Both the position numbers and the translations under genes were made by a program. A DNA stretch of 53,189 bases, counting the filler, from Perkinsus olseni (Eukaryota), in the NCBI GenBank assembly GCA_013115125.1. It is 3 parts of 3 records of this genome, joined end to end, with 100 filler letters (N's around TTAATTAATTAA, not from the genome) between each part and the next. Parts side by side here need not be neighbours in the genome. Positions count along the whole stretch, not along the records: positions 1 to 17,720 come from JABANN010000637.1; positions 17,821 to 35,459 come from JABANN010000638.1; 1 more part is not named here. The stretch is one strand, 5' to 3'. The notes under the pieces were generated by a model. It was not told the origin of the DNA. It worked only from the letters and a program-made list of their open reading frames with translations, and ran no database searches. Shown one piece after another: positions 11,121 through 22,100 of this stretch (position 1 is the first letter of the stretch; every line of letters begins with the position of its first letter).

Positions 11121-14071
11121 TCAACTGCCACGAAGGATGCTATCACGGAAGGCACCCAACGGTCGATTATCATAAAGCGCAAGAACATCATCTGCGCGGG
11201 GAACGTTATCGTGCTGTGAACGCCCTTCACGGATACACCCTCTCCCGTTAATGGTGAACAGCCGTGGATCGGTGGAGGAGAAAGTGATGATGATGGAGAA
11301 GAAGATGCAGAGAGCCTCACCACGCTGTTGAAGAAGTTCATCATGTCTGCCCTTCTCGACGATACTCCCCTCACTAATAACAGCTATCATATCCGCGTTC
11401 TTCACGGTACTCAGCCGATGGGCTACCAAGATAATTGTGCACCCTCCAGTGGACATCAACCTGAGGATAGCAATCTTCCGAGGACATCGCTAGGGCTGTG
11501 CACGCATGATCAATCTAGCAGGTGGCCAAGTATCCGCCTTACGTGTCTAGTGCAGCCTGGACTAAGGCCTCATTCTCGGTGTCAAGAGCGCTGGTTGCCT
11601 CGTCGAGTAAGAGTACACGAGGGCGTCGGAGGAAACACCTGATGAGAATCTTCTCATCGAACCACGCTCATCACGAAAAAACAGACATTTTACCGGCGAA
11701 TCGAGAAGACCAAGCATTCGACCGTCCGCCGCACTGCACATCCACCACGAGACGTTTCTTCCACTGTTCCCTGTGCTCACCGGGCAATGGCAATCCGCTG
11801 CTTCTGCCCGCCTGATAGCCTAACGCCTCTCTCTCCCACTCGAGTCTCATACCCCTCATCCATGTCCTCAATAAACTGATGGGCATTCGCCATACGAGCT
11901 GCCGACACAACTTCGTCCATACTACCTGACCGTGAGTATGGGTACACCAACTCGAACCGGTGTGATAACTACATTCTCTGCCCAGCCCGTAAATTAAATT
12001 CTTATAAACCGAAGTAGAGAACAGTTGCGTATCCTGGGCCACGAGGCCAATCTTGGACCTGATACCACTCCTTCACCAACTGCAGCAGTTCTGTGGATTC
12101 AATTCACCTCAAACTAGACGGTTTGTACTGTCGATAATCAATACCATCCATAAGTATCCTGCCCTCTGTTGGGTCGTAAAAACGTAGAAGTAGATGAACC
12201 AAGGTACTCTTGCCGCCACCAGACTTGCCAACCAGGGCTGTCACGGTCGACGGCCGCATCTCCAGATCCACTGATTTGAGCACCGTCTTGTCGGGCCGAG
12301 AGGAGTAGCAAAAACTCAAATTATCGATTTTAATGTCACCCACGATATCGTCAACTTCCTGCCCCTCGTTGGGATCGATCCCGGGACGTTTGTCCATTAG
12401 ATTGAAGACTCTCTCCGCTGCACTAGCTGCCCTTATTAAATCGTTAACGACGTCGCTGAGAGCGTTGAATGCCCCATTCATCATATTCCAATACAACTGG
12501 AATGCCACCAGCGTTCCCAAGGTCACATCATTCCTGTTGAAAATGGCGCTGCCGCCATACCACAGTATCAGGACGGTCGTCCCCAAGTCAATGTACTTAG
12601 CATAGCCGTAGACCCCTGCCCCGACAACAGCACTCCTCACACCCGCTTGAAGTCCTACTTCAACCGCCTCGTTATAGTTGGCAATTTCAGTTTTCTCAGC
12701 ACCGAAGGCCCTCACCGTTCTGATGTTGCTGAAGCTCTCGGTTGCTACCGAGTTGGCGTCCCCCATGGCCTGGTATATGGTCGAATACACTTGTCGCGAC
12801 CAGTGGGCGTACAGGCGATAGGCATAGGAAATGGGAATCATGGAAGTCGCGGCCAGGACGCCCAAGCGCCAGTTCGTTACGAAGCACATTATAGCGCCGC
12901 CGAGGAGTAGGACCGCATTTGCCACCAGATTGTTCAGGATGGTCCGGCAAGGGTTGGTCATCGCAGCGGCATCGTTCGTGAGCCTTGAAGTGAGGTTACC
13001 GGTATGTGTGGCGTCGAAGAAGGAAATATCCTGCCCTATAACGGAGGTGTATAATTTTCGACACACGGTAGCCCTTATTCGCCTGGCCACTAAATTCAGA
13101 GTGAGGCTTTGTACTGCTGCGAGGAGGCCTTGGAAGAGGTTTACACACAAGTAGACGTAGACGGTCCTCGTGAAGAGCTGCCGGTCCCACTTGATGATAG
13201 AATCGAAGATCTTTCCTTGGAGGTTGGGAGCTGCCAAAACAGTTGCCTGACACGCCAGCATGCACAACATGGCGGCTAGGAGAGTGGGCCAAAACTCCAG
13301 TGCTAGGTGGATAGACCGGCAGAAGAACTGTCCTAGACTGAAGCCACCACTAGAGGTAGGATCAACAGCAGCTGCTGCTGGGGGCCTCTCACGGCGGTGA
13401 CGAGCATGGCATCTCAGACATACGTCGAAGTCACAAGTTTTGCATCGGTAGCCGTCGTCTTCAATGCGCTCCATGCACACATCACAAGAATGGCACTTCA
13501 TCTCAGTCATGAAGAACACCGGATGGAGATGGACCCCCACTAGGAGCTCCCCAGGGTCGGAGCATTCGCCGTCAAAAATGTCCTTCCCGAGGAAGTACTC
13601 AAGATTAGACCAGAAAATGATGGAGCACAGCAAGACAACATCAACAGGGGATTCGAAGCGTTCCAACTGGACGGCCTCGACTCCCGTCATCACAGCTGAT
13701 ATCGTTTGAACGACGAATGCCGCCGCTAGCACGGCGTTGACGATCTTGCCGGTCTGTCTTTTCTCCGCAGCGACGGCTCTCAGCCTGTCACGTTCAATCG
13801 ACAGGTCCCCGCTTCCAGTGAGAGGCAGCAGCAGTTGATCATCTTCGAACCTCCTCAACTTCTCAACTCGCCTCTTCCACACACTGTAGGCCGCCAGGAA
13901 AGCTAGAGGCGTCAGAATGACTCGGCTGATACACAAGCACACAAGGGTTCGGGCGGGGAGAAGGTTGTTGGACTTGAGATGTGTCGTCACAGCTATGTCC
14001 ACCGAGTAGATGGTAATGAGGAGACACCAGAGACCTCTAGTAGAGAACGCCGACAGGAGGCACCACGCCAT
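11121..14071 (-). CDS. ABCB-family half transporter (TAP/ABCB9/ABCB10-like) with an N-terminal TM extension and a Cys/His zinc-finger insert
   Basis: TMD with [14 protein letters not shown] and [12 protein letters not shown]; Walker [11 protein letters not shown]-loop VAQDTQLF, signature [13 protein letters not shown], Walker [13 protein letters not shown]-loop VAHRLSTV. One ~2 kb first exon then short introns; 3' end uncertain. Confidence 0.92.
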
Positions 14072-14250
14072 TAAAGGAAGCTCTGTCTCAGGTTCATGCT
14101 TGACCCGAACTCCGTACAACTCTACACTGTGGGAAGATACTTCAGCTAGTTATAAAATTAAATAATCGGAAACACATCACAATACGGTCTAAGTGTCGTG
14201 CAATAACAAATCTGGAGTTGGCGTCCTCGCTAAGGACACTCCCCGCCGTC

Positions 14251-14811
14251 TCATATGGATGCTCGGGTAAGGCCTCTATCGACTTCCGTCGAAGATGACG
14301 ACACCAAAGCCGGCGCTCGATGCACAGGGCATTTAGTCACGGCAGTGCCAATCTCGTCAACCCTCGCCTCGGTGAACGGTCCGTAGACGACCATGAATTT
14401 GCTGAGCCCTTTTATGTAGGGCTTGACGAACTCCTCCTTGGGTAGATTGAACTCCTCGCATGCCTGCAGTTGCAGTCGAAGCCATCGATTCCGCTGCTGC
14501 ACTGTGAAGCCGTCACCAACGTAACCAGCCTCTTTAGGAGCCTCGCCACGCAAAGGACAGTGTTGGGACTTCTTATGCATTTTATTAACGTGTCGTGTAC
14601 CACCCATTCGCCTGTAGGAGTCATCAACCCCACACGCCGAGTAAAACCACGCGGCAAATCTGAGGTGGTGTGGCTCCGTCTTATCTTCGTAGAGACAGCC
14701 CAGGATGGGGTCCTCGAAGGAGAGTTCATAGAAACGTTTAACGACTCCTTCGAAGGCTTCCTTACCACCAGCAACCTCTACTAAATTTGAAGGGAACAGA
14801 AACTTGGTCAT
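14251..14811 (-). CDS. Truncated (2/2) globin, group II-like
   Basis: GGKEAFEGVVKRFY (B-helix FY), DPILGCLY, F-helix VNKMH (proximal His), FTVQQRNRWL (G8 Trp). Intronless; first ATG at 14811. Confidence 0.75.
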   Translation of the reverse strand: MTKFLFPSNLVEVAGGKEAFEGVVKRFYELSFEDPILGCLYEDKTEPHHLRFAAWFYSACGVDDSYRRMGGTRHVNKMHKKSQHCPLRGEAPKEAGYVGDGFTVQQRNRWLRLQLQACEEFNLPKEEFVKPYIKGLSKFMVVYGPFTEARVDEIGTAVTKCPVHRAPALVSSSSTEVDRGLTRASI

Positions 14812-15070
14812 TCGAGTGAGGGAGAATAGGAACTGAAAAATAATGTCTTCTTCAGCGGCCCACGCGAGTGCTCCAAACGGCCCTCTAATCGTCGGAGAGG
14901 CCCTCACACAAGCCACATTGGGTATCTAACGCGGTGTTATCCAACTCAGACAGATCAAATTCGGGCAGCGATAAAGTCGGGCGTTTTTTTCTCAGGCACT
15001 TTCTACCGGTCACCACAATTCGGGCAATGTTAGCTCGAGGACGTTTGGCTAGGTTTCACAGGCAAGTCCA

Positions 15071-15564
15071 AACTCGTACAATGTAACGGAAAACTCCCGT
15101 TCAGGGCAATCCCATGCAATTCTAACTCGGGCAGTTCATAATTATCCACCCGATTTCACTGTTTTACATTGTTGTTTCGCGATCCGTTCACATAAATTAT
15201 TGAGTTTATGGTATGAGTCTTTCAGAGCCTCTCATTCAAAAGGACCGAGATAAAACTGCATGAGTCGTATGGGTCATAGGGTAGGGCGACCGCTGACGGG
15301 AGTTGGGTGCACCAGTTTTTCCCATCTGAATTGGCCCCGCTTCGCCAATAGTGTCTGCCCCCACTCTCAACTTCCTGAAATTGACGGGCTGGTCAGCTAA
15401 CTTTGGCGTAACCTATTCCAGAACCGATTCTCAGAACTTCTTCGCATACTCTGTTCGGCAAACTCTCGTCTGAAATGTTTCGGAAGGAGTTCCGGAGGTG
15501 GTTCACGCCTTGGACGCACGCATCTATTGCCCGAGTTCATGCCAAGATTCACACTGTACGAGTT
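15071..15564. repeat. Decayed nested inverted repeats (possible MITE relic)
   Basis: AACTCGTACAATGT (15071) pairs with ACACTGTACGAGTT (15551), 1 mismatch; AACTCGGGCAGT (15124) pairs with ATTGCCCGAGTT (15526), 1 mismatch. Confidence 0.4.
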
Positions 15565-16462
15565 GGAATACACTCCTCTAGCCGTCCAGGTCCGTCAGAC
15601 GGCAGCCAACATTAACTGCCACCACGTCCGTCGGGATTAGTCCCATCGACCACTCCATTCATGGCCGAGGACTTCAGCCACTGAACTATCGCTGCACGGG
15701 AAACTAGTGACATGACCAGACTCATACCGCCGAGTGCACAACTAATAGTCTCTTACGCTAAATCTGCACCAGAAGGTCGAAACAACCAGTACAGGCTACT
15801 GCATTAAGCAACTGAGTCTCAGTTAAGCCTGGCGGCTGGAGCATCATATACTTGCACGCCAAAAGCCGCTGTCTCACGCGCCACAAAAATCGTCAAACAG
15901 GTCAGACGCGCCCGTACCAACTCTTACTGGACGGGCAAAAGTATAACTGAAAAGGCAGTGTGCTAGCAATGAATCATTACGACCCATTGAGTCAATCCAA
16001 CCCGCAGAAACATATCTCTAAGCGGTGAGTTGGTATGGAATAACGTTGTCGGAACGACTTTCGGGAAAGTTCGCTGAGCGGTTTAAAATTTCCCATCCAA
16101 GAATTGATCCTGCGACCGGCGCCGGAGGCAGGTCCACTTCATTCATTTCTTATGGCGCCGTCAAGATTGGAGCAGCTCTTACGAGGTCGGTTGCGGCGCG
16201 ATCTACGAAACTCGCCTAGAGCATTGTCTGTCTCAACAGTGGTGCTGATAAGCCTGGTTGCCTCTCTACCACCCGTGGACATGTGCATGCGTGCAGAGGG
16301 GCATGCGTGCATGATTGTACGTTCAATCGTGGTCATTGTTCTCCCTACACCCCCTGGCGTTGGCCGCCGGCCAATGGCCGGTGGTCGCACAGAGACTGCG
16401 GTTTTAGCGTGTATCCGATGCAACCAATAGGTTAGCCCCTTTTACCTCGTAGCAAGACAGAG

Positions 16463-17720
16463 ATGCCATCGCTCGCTGTCGACGCCGGTTCTGTGGGAGA
16501 ATCGAAGCCCCGTACCCTGCCTGAAGCTGTGGAGCCGACTTCGTCTGTTCCCTTCCAGGATGAAGTTGCCTGGAGTATACGTGTGAGGGATTACATCACA
16601 GTAGCTTGCCATAGGTAAGGCTTGCGAGTCCGCATGACCACAAAGTGCCATCTGGCCCTTCACGCAGGTATCAACTGTTGTCGACATTCATGATGGCGTT
16701 GGTTGCTGTTCTGATGGCCTACCTCATCCACGGCGATGCGTTCGGGTGGTTGCAGCAGAACAGTAGGCGTCGAATGGCTCCTCACAATTCCGTCGTATTA
16801 CCGGTCCTGTCAGGTACACTGGCTGCCTCGGTTGCCATCTTTGCGTTGGTCACTCAACGTTATTTCTTTTCTACCAGGAGTGTCTACTGTATCGACCACT
16901 GCGAGTTCAATCCACCTGATGAGTGGAAAGTGTCTCGTGCGGACATTGTTAAGTTGCTCTCCACCGACCACAATATATCGCCTGATAGCCTAGATTTCAT
17001 CGAGAAGCTCCTGGCTCACTCGGGAACTAGTGATCACACCGCGTTCCCTCCCAACCTGGTAAGGGCTCTTGACCGGGAAGGCGTGAGGACTCATATCGTA
17101 CCTATGAAGGTCAAAAGCCTCAAAACTGGCGAGCGTTGGTCGGCCACCTTGGAAGATTCCCGTGAGGAAGCCGGAGCGGCCATGGGCGGTGCTTTGAAAG
17201 GCTTGATGGATAAGACAGGCATCACGGCTAAGGATATCGACGTAAGTCGATATGTTTGCTATTGCTTTGTGCTTTATTTTCCACGGGTCGCCTGTAATCT
17301 CCGGTCGTTGTGTGACCGTCAGGTTCTCATCGTCAACTGCTCCCTCCTCTCTCCTACCCCGTCCCTCTGTGCTCTCCTAGTTAATAAATTCGGCATGCGC
17401 AGTGACGTCCTAACCTACAACCTCTCAGGTAGGGATGCTGGACGAACAGCGCTGCACTTGACGGATCTTCTCATCAGGTATGGGATGCAGTGCTAATGGT
17501 GTATCGATTGACCTCGCTCAGCGTGTTCTACAAAATCCGAAGAATATGAAATGTGTGGTCATCTCGACTGAGTCAATCGCCCAAGCCATCTACCCCGGCA
17601 ACGAGCGTGGCTTCCTCGTCCAGAACACACTCTTCCGTTGTGGTGCTACTGCTATCCTCCTCACCAACAAGCCCGATACTCGTGCCAAGTATAAGCTACT
17701 CAATGTGGTTCGGGCTCAGT
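16463..17720 (+). CDS. Second FAE1-type 3-ketoacyl-CoA synthase paralogue, 3' end lost in the assembly gap
   Basis: Same exon structure as 4694-6420: VYCIDHCEFNPP, SGTSDHTAFPPN, VLIVNCSLLSPTPSL, GMGCSANG, LFRCGATAILL. Confidence 0.9.
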
Positions 17721-17820
17721 NNNNNNNNNNNNNNNNNNNNNNNNNNNNNNNNNNNNNNNNNNNNTTAATTAATTAANNNNNNNNNNNNNNNNNNNNNNNN
17801 NNNNNNNNNNNNNNNNNNNN
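17721..17820. other. Artificial scaffold spacer (N44-TTAATTAATTAA-N44)
   Basis: 100-nt N run with a central 12-mer (17765-17776) giving stops in all six frames. Confidence 0.97.
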
Positions 17821-17891
17821 GAGTCTCATTGCTTCTCTCAGGCATTCGAGTTAGCAAACGGTGTTATTACGACGAGAACAAAGGAAGCTGA

Positions 17892-17912
17892 CTTGAGCCA
17901 AGATGGCTACGG
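17892..17912 (-). other. Genomic copy of the Perkinsus spliced leader (SL relic)
   Basis: Minus strand reads (G)CCGTAGCCATCTTGGCTCAAG, 21/22 nt of the Perkinsus SL ACCGTAGCCATCTTGGCTCAAG. It is followed by TCAGC rather than a GT donor. Confidence 0.88.
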
Positions 17913-18628
17913 CTTCGATGAAGAGCTTTCGATCGGTGTGCGTTACAACTCTCACTTCGTTCGCACGACAAAACCATGAGGGTTGGGCGGCCAACTTGGG
18001 CCCCTTTCAATGCGGCACCCTGTACTAGCTAAGTCTATCACGCCGTAGGTTTATCATCAACCTACCACGTCATGCTAGACGACAGGGATTGTTGAAGCAC
18101 CCGAATGCGCGGGCGGTCCGCACGTCAAATGATTCAAAGAACTTACGCGCCGACGGCGCCCGATTGATCTGCCTGATGATTTGCCCTCGTCCGAACACTG
18201 CCTTGGCAACTCGGAGAGTGGGCATTGTGGTGTACGATGGGTGTACGAGCAAAGTGTATGTCGCATGAGACTAAGGCACAGAATTCGTGTACTACTGGGG
18301 TTAGCAGGAGTACTACTCGAGCCCCGTAGACATGCTGTTCTCTTCAACCTCAACCCCCACTCTCGTACAACACAAAATTGGGCGCTGATCTTTTGGCGTC
18401 GCTTCACGACTAAATATAGACCGAAAAAATTGAAGGTTGAGTATGGTTGAGCATACTATCGGAATCGAACCCCAAGATACGAACAAGATCTAGAGGTAGA
18501 ATTGTACTCCTAGAATTCTACCGCACACTGTGCGGCACACAGCAGTTTCATCACAACTGCGAGTGAAAAACAAATATCGGTGATAATAAGATATAGCAAC
18601 ACATTATGTGACACTCGTCGCAGATTCA

Positions 18629-19309
18629 TTACTCTGGGCACTGATTGCAGTCCCCGTAGCTATCGCCACCGTTGCCGCCGTCACCACCTCTGTAACCACC
18701 GTAGCCGCCATCACCGCCTTTACCGCCAACAGCACCGCCGTATCCGCCATCACCGCCGTCACCGCCTCTATAGCCACTCTTGCCGCCATCACCGCCGTCA
18801 CCGCCTCTATAGCCACCCTTTCCGCCATCACCGCCGTCACCGCCCCTGTAGCCACCCTTGCCGCCATAACCGCCATTGCCGCCTCTGTAGCCACCGTAGC
18901 CGCCATCACCGCCGTCACCACTCCTGTGACCACCGTAGCCACCATTACCGCCGTTACCGCCATAGTAGCCACCCTGGCCGCCATCACCGCCGTGACCACC
19001 GTAGTTGCCACCCTTGCCGCCATCACCGCCGTTGCCGCCACTGTAGCCGCCGTTGCCTCCACGGCCGCCGTTCCCGCCGCTGTTCTCGCCGTCGCCACCA
19101 TGACCGCCATTACCACCAGTATTTCCGTGCTGATGGAGGGAACGGAGAATATCATCACGAAGTGACATCGCACGACTTTCGGCGTGTTCTTCAGCACTGA
19201 CGACAGAGTCATCTCTGAGTAGGTAGCGTTTCTTAGCATCATCATCGTCCATAACGACAATGGCTTCAGAAGTGATGAGGAGGATCGTACCAATAAAGAA
19301 GGACCTCAT
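18629..19309 (-). CDS. Secreted glycine-rich (Gly-Gly-X) protein, paralogue 1 (Tyr-rich)
   Basis: Hydrophobic N-terminus (FFIGTILLITSEA), acidic pro-region, GGDGGDGGKGGYR-type repeats, C-terminal YGDCNQCPE. Start codon, frame and C-terminus are conserved in the paralogue. Confidence 0.8.
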   Translation of the reverse strand: MRSFFIGTILLITSEAIVVMDDDDAKKRYLLRDDSVVSAEEHAESRAMSLRDDILRSLHQHGNTGGNGGHGGDGENSGGNGGRGGNGGYSGGNGGDGGKGGNYGGHGGDGGQGGYYGGNGGNGGYGGHRSGDGGDGGYGGYRGGNGGYGGKGGYRGGDGGDGGKGGYRGGDGGDGGKSGYRGGDGGDGGYGGAVGGKGGDGGYGGYRGGDGGNGGDSYGDCNQCPE

Positions 19310-20439
19310 GTTTATAAAAAAAGGCTGACATTGACGATCAGCTTGACATTCAAAACTAGCGCGAGTCAGCGCTCAACTTGAGCGGCTCAAGTGACACCAC
19401 GTACTTCGGGAGGTATACGGGGGTCTGTTGCTCGGTGTGGTTCAACTCGACCTCCTTGCCGAGGAGGAGCTAGATAAGATTGAGCTCTTTGGTCCGTTCA
19501 TGGGCATTTACAAATCGATCACATCACGGTGATGCGTACTAGCGGACACGCATGCGCTCGGCGCCATTACTGGCCCGGCCTACTGGACGGGTTTACAAAC
19601 TCTTCGCAGCGGTCTTAGGAAGAAACCTCCGGAGAGTTACGATAGCGCAGGGCAAAGAGCAAGAAAGGCGGCGAGAGCAGCGCCCACTGAGCCTACGAGA
19701 GGAGATGCGGACCGATATTGGGAGATGAGTAGGAGACAACGGGGAGAGAACTCGCGCGACGATGTCACGGCGAGTCACTGTCGATGACACGGTCGAATCG
19801 GCAGCGCACGCAGCATCGAGGGAACCTAGACGGGAGTATCGTAGGCATCCCCGGCGGGCCTGACGTCCCCGTTGCGGAAGATGCCATTAGATCTGTAGAA
19901 TAAGTAGCAATGAGCGAGATGAAGGCTGGCTGGCAGCCAGTACCTACGCTACGGGACAGGGCGGGTGACGTGAGCCACGTCGCCTCAAGTGTCACCTATC
20001 GCCACAACTAACACATTCCCCACTGGAGCGACGCCAACACGACGCAGTGTAATTATACAAGGGATAAACTTCAGCTCGTACGCTGGGAGCGTGGAGGAAG
20101 TCTAGCGATTGATTGCTGAATAGTCTCAGTCGGACGCACGGACCTGGGCTTGGTATACGAGGCTCTAGCCTCGTATGCCAAGCCCGGCTAGTCTCTGCTA
20201 GTAGCAGAGACAGCCGATACAACCGCCATGGCGCAGGCCGTGGGCACGATGTCGGGAGATGGAGGAAGTGCGGTGGGAGTACAACCGCAGAGGGAGCCTA
20301 TAGAGGCCCATGTGACGGGATCCCTCCGCGATCAGCCCCATTGGTAGCATTTGTACCCTTGTCCGATTCGACGATGTTCCCCATTAGCTGAAGGAATTCC
20401 AGGCTCCCGGCCTTGTGTAGGTCCATGTGGCGCTTGTAG

Positions 20440-21300
20440 CTGCTGCTGCTGCCGCTGCAGACCTGTTGATGTCGCAGTACTTGGGTTAGGGTCGCTCGGC
20501 CGCCTCCGGTGGTTAGGTCTTCAGTGGAGCCCCTCCTCAGGCTGTGGGAGGCGTAGGCCGAGACCTCGGTCGCAGGATAGCCGCACAATGTTAGCGTCCT
20601 TCGCGGCTCGCCGTTGAAGTGCTCGAGAGACATTGGGAACCAGCGCCCGAACCGAGGACTGCTCGCCGCGGGGCCCGTGTGAGGTGGCGAGCCAGTCAGA
20701 ACGTCGTGTAGGTAGCGGAGTCGGTGGGAGGCACAGAACTCCGGGTCAACTCGGCATACACAGGGTCGCTGTGTCTCCGTGGGCTCCGGGATGTTTTTAC
20801 TGCGCTTGAGGTGTATGGTGAAGCCTCCCTCTTTGTTTTTGCCGCGAACCGGGCCGTCTCGAAAGCGTCCAGAAGAGTGTCGTTGTCGTTGGGAGTCTTT
20901 GTGGCGGCTTCTCAGTGTGGTCAGCGCGCTTGACGATAGACTTGACCGTGGCGTAGTGGATACCCCGCTTGCCTTGGGGCTTCGGGCTCAGGCGGAAGAC
21001 CGCATGCACAGAGTTTGAGACGACGTCGCTGTTGAAGGCGTCCATGCAGTCATCCGAGTGGGAGACCAGGCGCGTGAAGAACTTGACACCGTTCATGTAG
21101 TTCTTGAGGGTACTGTGGCACCGGAAGCAGCGTATGGCCCACCACGCCAAGACAAGCGGTTTGGGGGGAAAGTAGTCGCTCACCTCCAAGGCTCGGCAGA
21201 ACCTGGCATAGTGTCTCGCGCCTTGTAACTGCCGCGCCGTGGTGACCTGGAGCGGCTTCTAGCCCTCGAAGGGGGCTCTCCCCATGCTCAGATCTTTGCC
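20440..21300 (-). pseudogene. Decayed tyrosine recombinase of a DIRS-like element
   Basis: STLKNYMNGVKF (core-binding domain) and YASHSLRRGST (HxxR box) in different frames. Confidence 0.65.
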
Positions 21301-21779
21301 GCTAGGAGGCGGCGGCCCTCGGTGGGATAGTCGGCACGAGCTCCTTGAGCGCGGTGGGTGAACCCATTTGTAGAGCAGTCCACGGTGATGCTGCCGAGGA
21401 AGGTGTGCTGCTTCAGCGCGTGCAGGACCTCCGCGGCGGTCGACTTACGGGTGACTCTGAGAGGTTTGCTTGACGAGCCGGTGGGTTCCTTGCTCGCTGA
21501 GCTGAAGGCGGGGGAGCCGTCTGGCAGCCAGACTCTGGCTTGGCCATGCGAAAAACAAATAATGGTAGAGAACTGCAGCTCACCTCCTCATTAGCTCATC
21601 GCAGTAATGCAACGGTAGTGGGTGTTGAGCTGGCTGGCTCGTGCTTGGTATCCCGGGTCTGAAACCGGAAGCCCATCGCTAACCCGAGGCCCGGGAAGCG
21701 CGAGACCGCCAGCCGCATGAATAGCCGAAGCACGATCCCGGTGGCCGACTGCTCACTGTTCGAGCTCGTATCGAACATC

Positions 21780-22100
21780 AGTCAGGGCCAATGACCGTGC
21801 AAGTTAGTCTGCTTAACGCGCATGACGCAAACATCCGGTTGGGCCGATCCCCCTCAGCTGGAGAGGGGTGGCTAGTCTGACTAGCCTGGTCACGGTGGAC
21901 GAGCCACGTGACGGCTGACGTGCCCGGCTGGCGTTTGCGTTCACATCGCTCCGCTAAAGCAGCCCGTGTTTCGGCTATGTGCATTCCCCCGGGGAATGCA
22001 CGGGGAATTTCCCCGATCCAACACCCACCAACCGACGTCCAACCACGTTCATGTTCACCGTTACATGTCACCGCCCCTTTGATTTGGGCCCCCCGGCCCG
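21780..22100 (-). mobile_element. Possible DIRS-type RNase H relic upstream of the recombinase
   Basis: GW...W...MHIAETRAAL resembles DIRS RNase H GWG...W...HINxLElxA; same strand as, and 5' of, the recombinase. Confidence 0.35.

Noticed and set aside
17765-17776. TTAATTAATTAA as a biological site (PacI-like or piggyBac TTAA), also at 35504-35515
   Set aside because: Identical, centred in 100-nt N runs, six-frame stop: an assembly linker.
17892-17912. SL RNA gene
   Set aside because: No GT donor directly after the leader and no tandem SL unit visible; better explained as a relic on a retrocopy.
18580-19200. Plus-strand Ala/Thr-rich (antifreeze-glycoprotein-like) and His/Arg-rich ORFs, also at 28629-29227
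   Set aside because: Antisense shadows of GGN-rich codons; only the minus-strand frame has a conserved ATG, signal-like N-terminus and conserved C-terminus.
19371-19391. GCTCAA/GGCTCAAG motifs upstream of Gly-rich gene 1 as an SL relic
   Set aside because: Only 7-8 nt match, in mixed orientations; compatible with chance.
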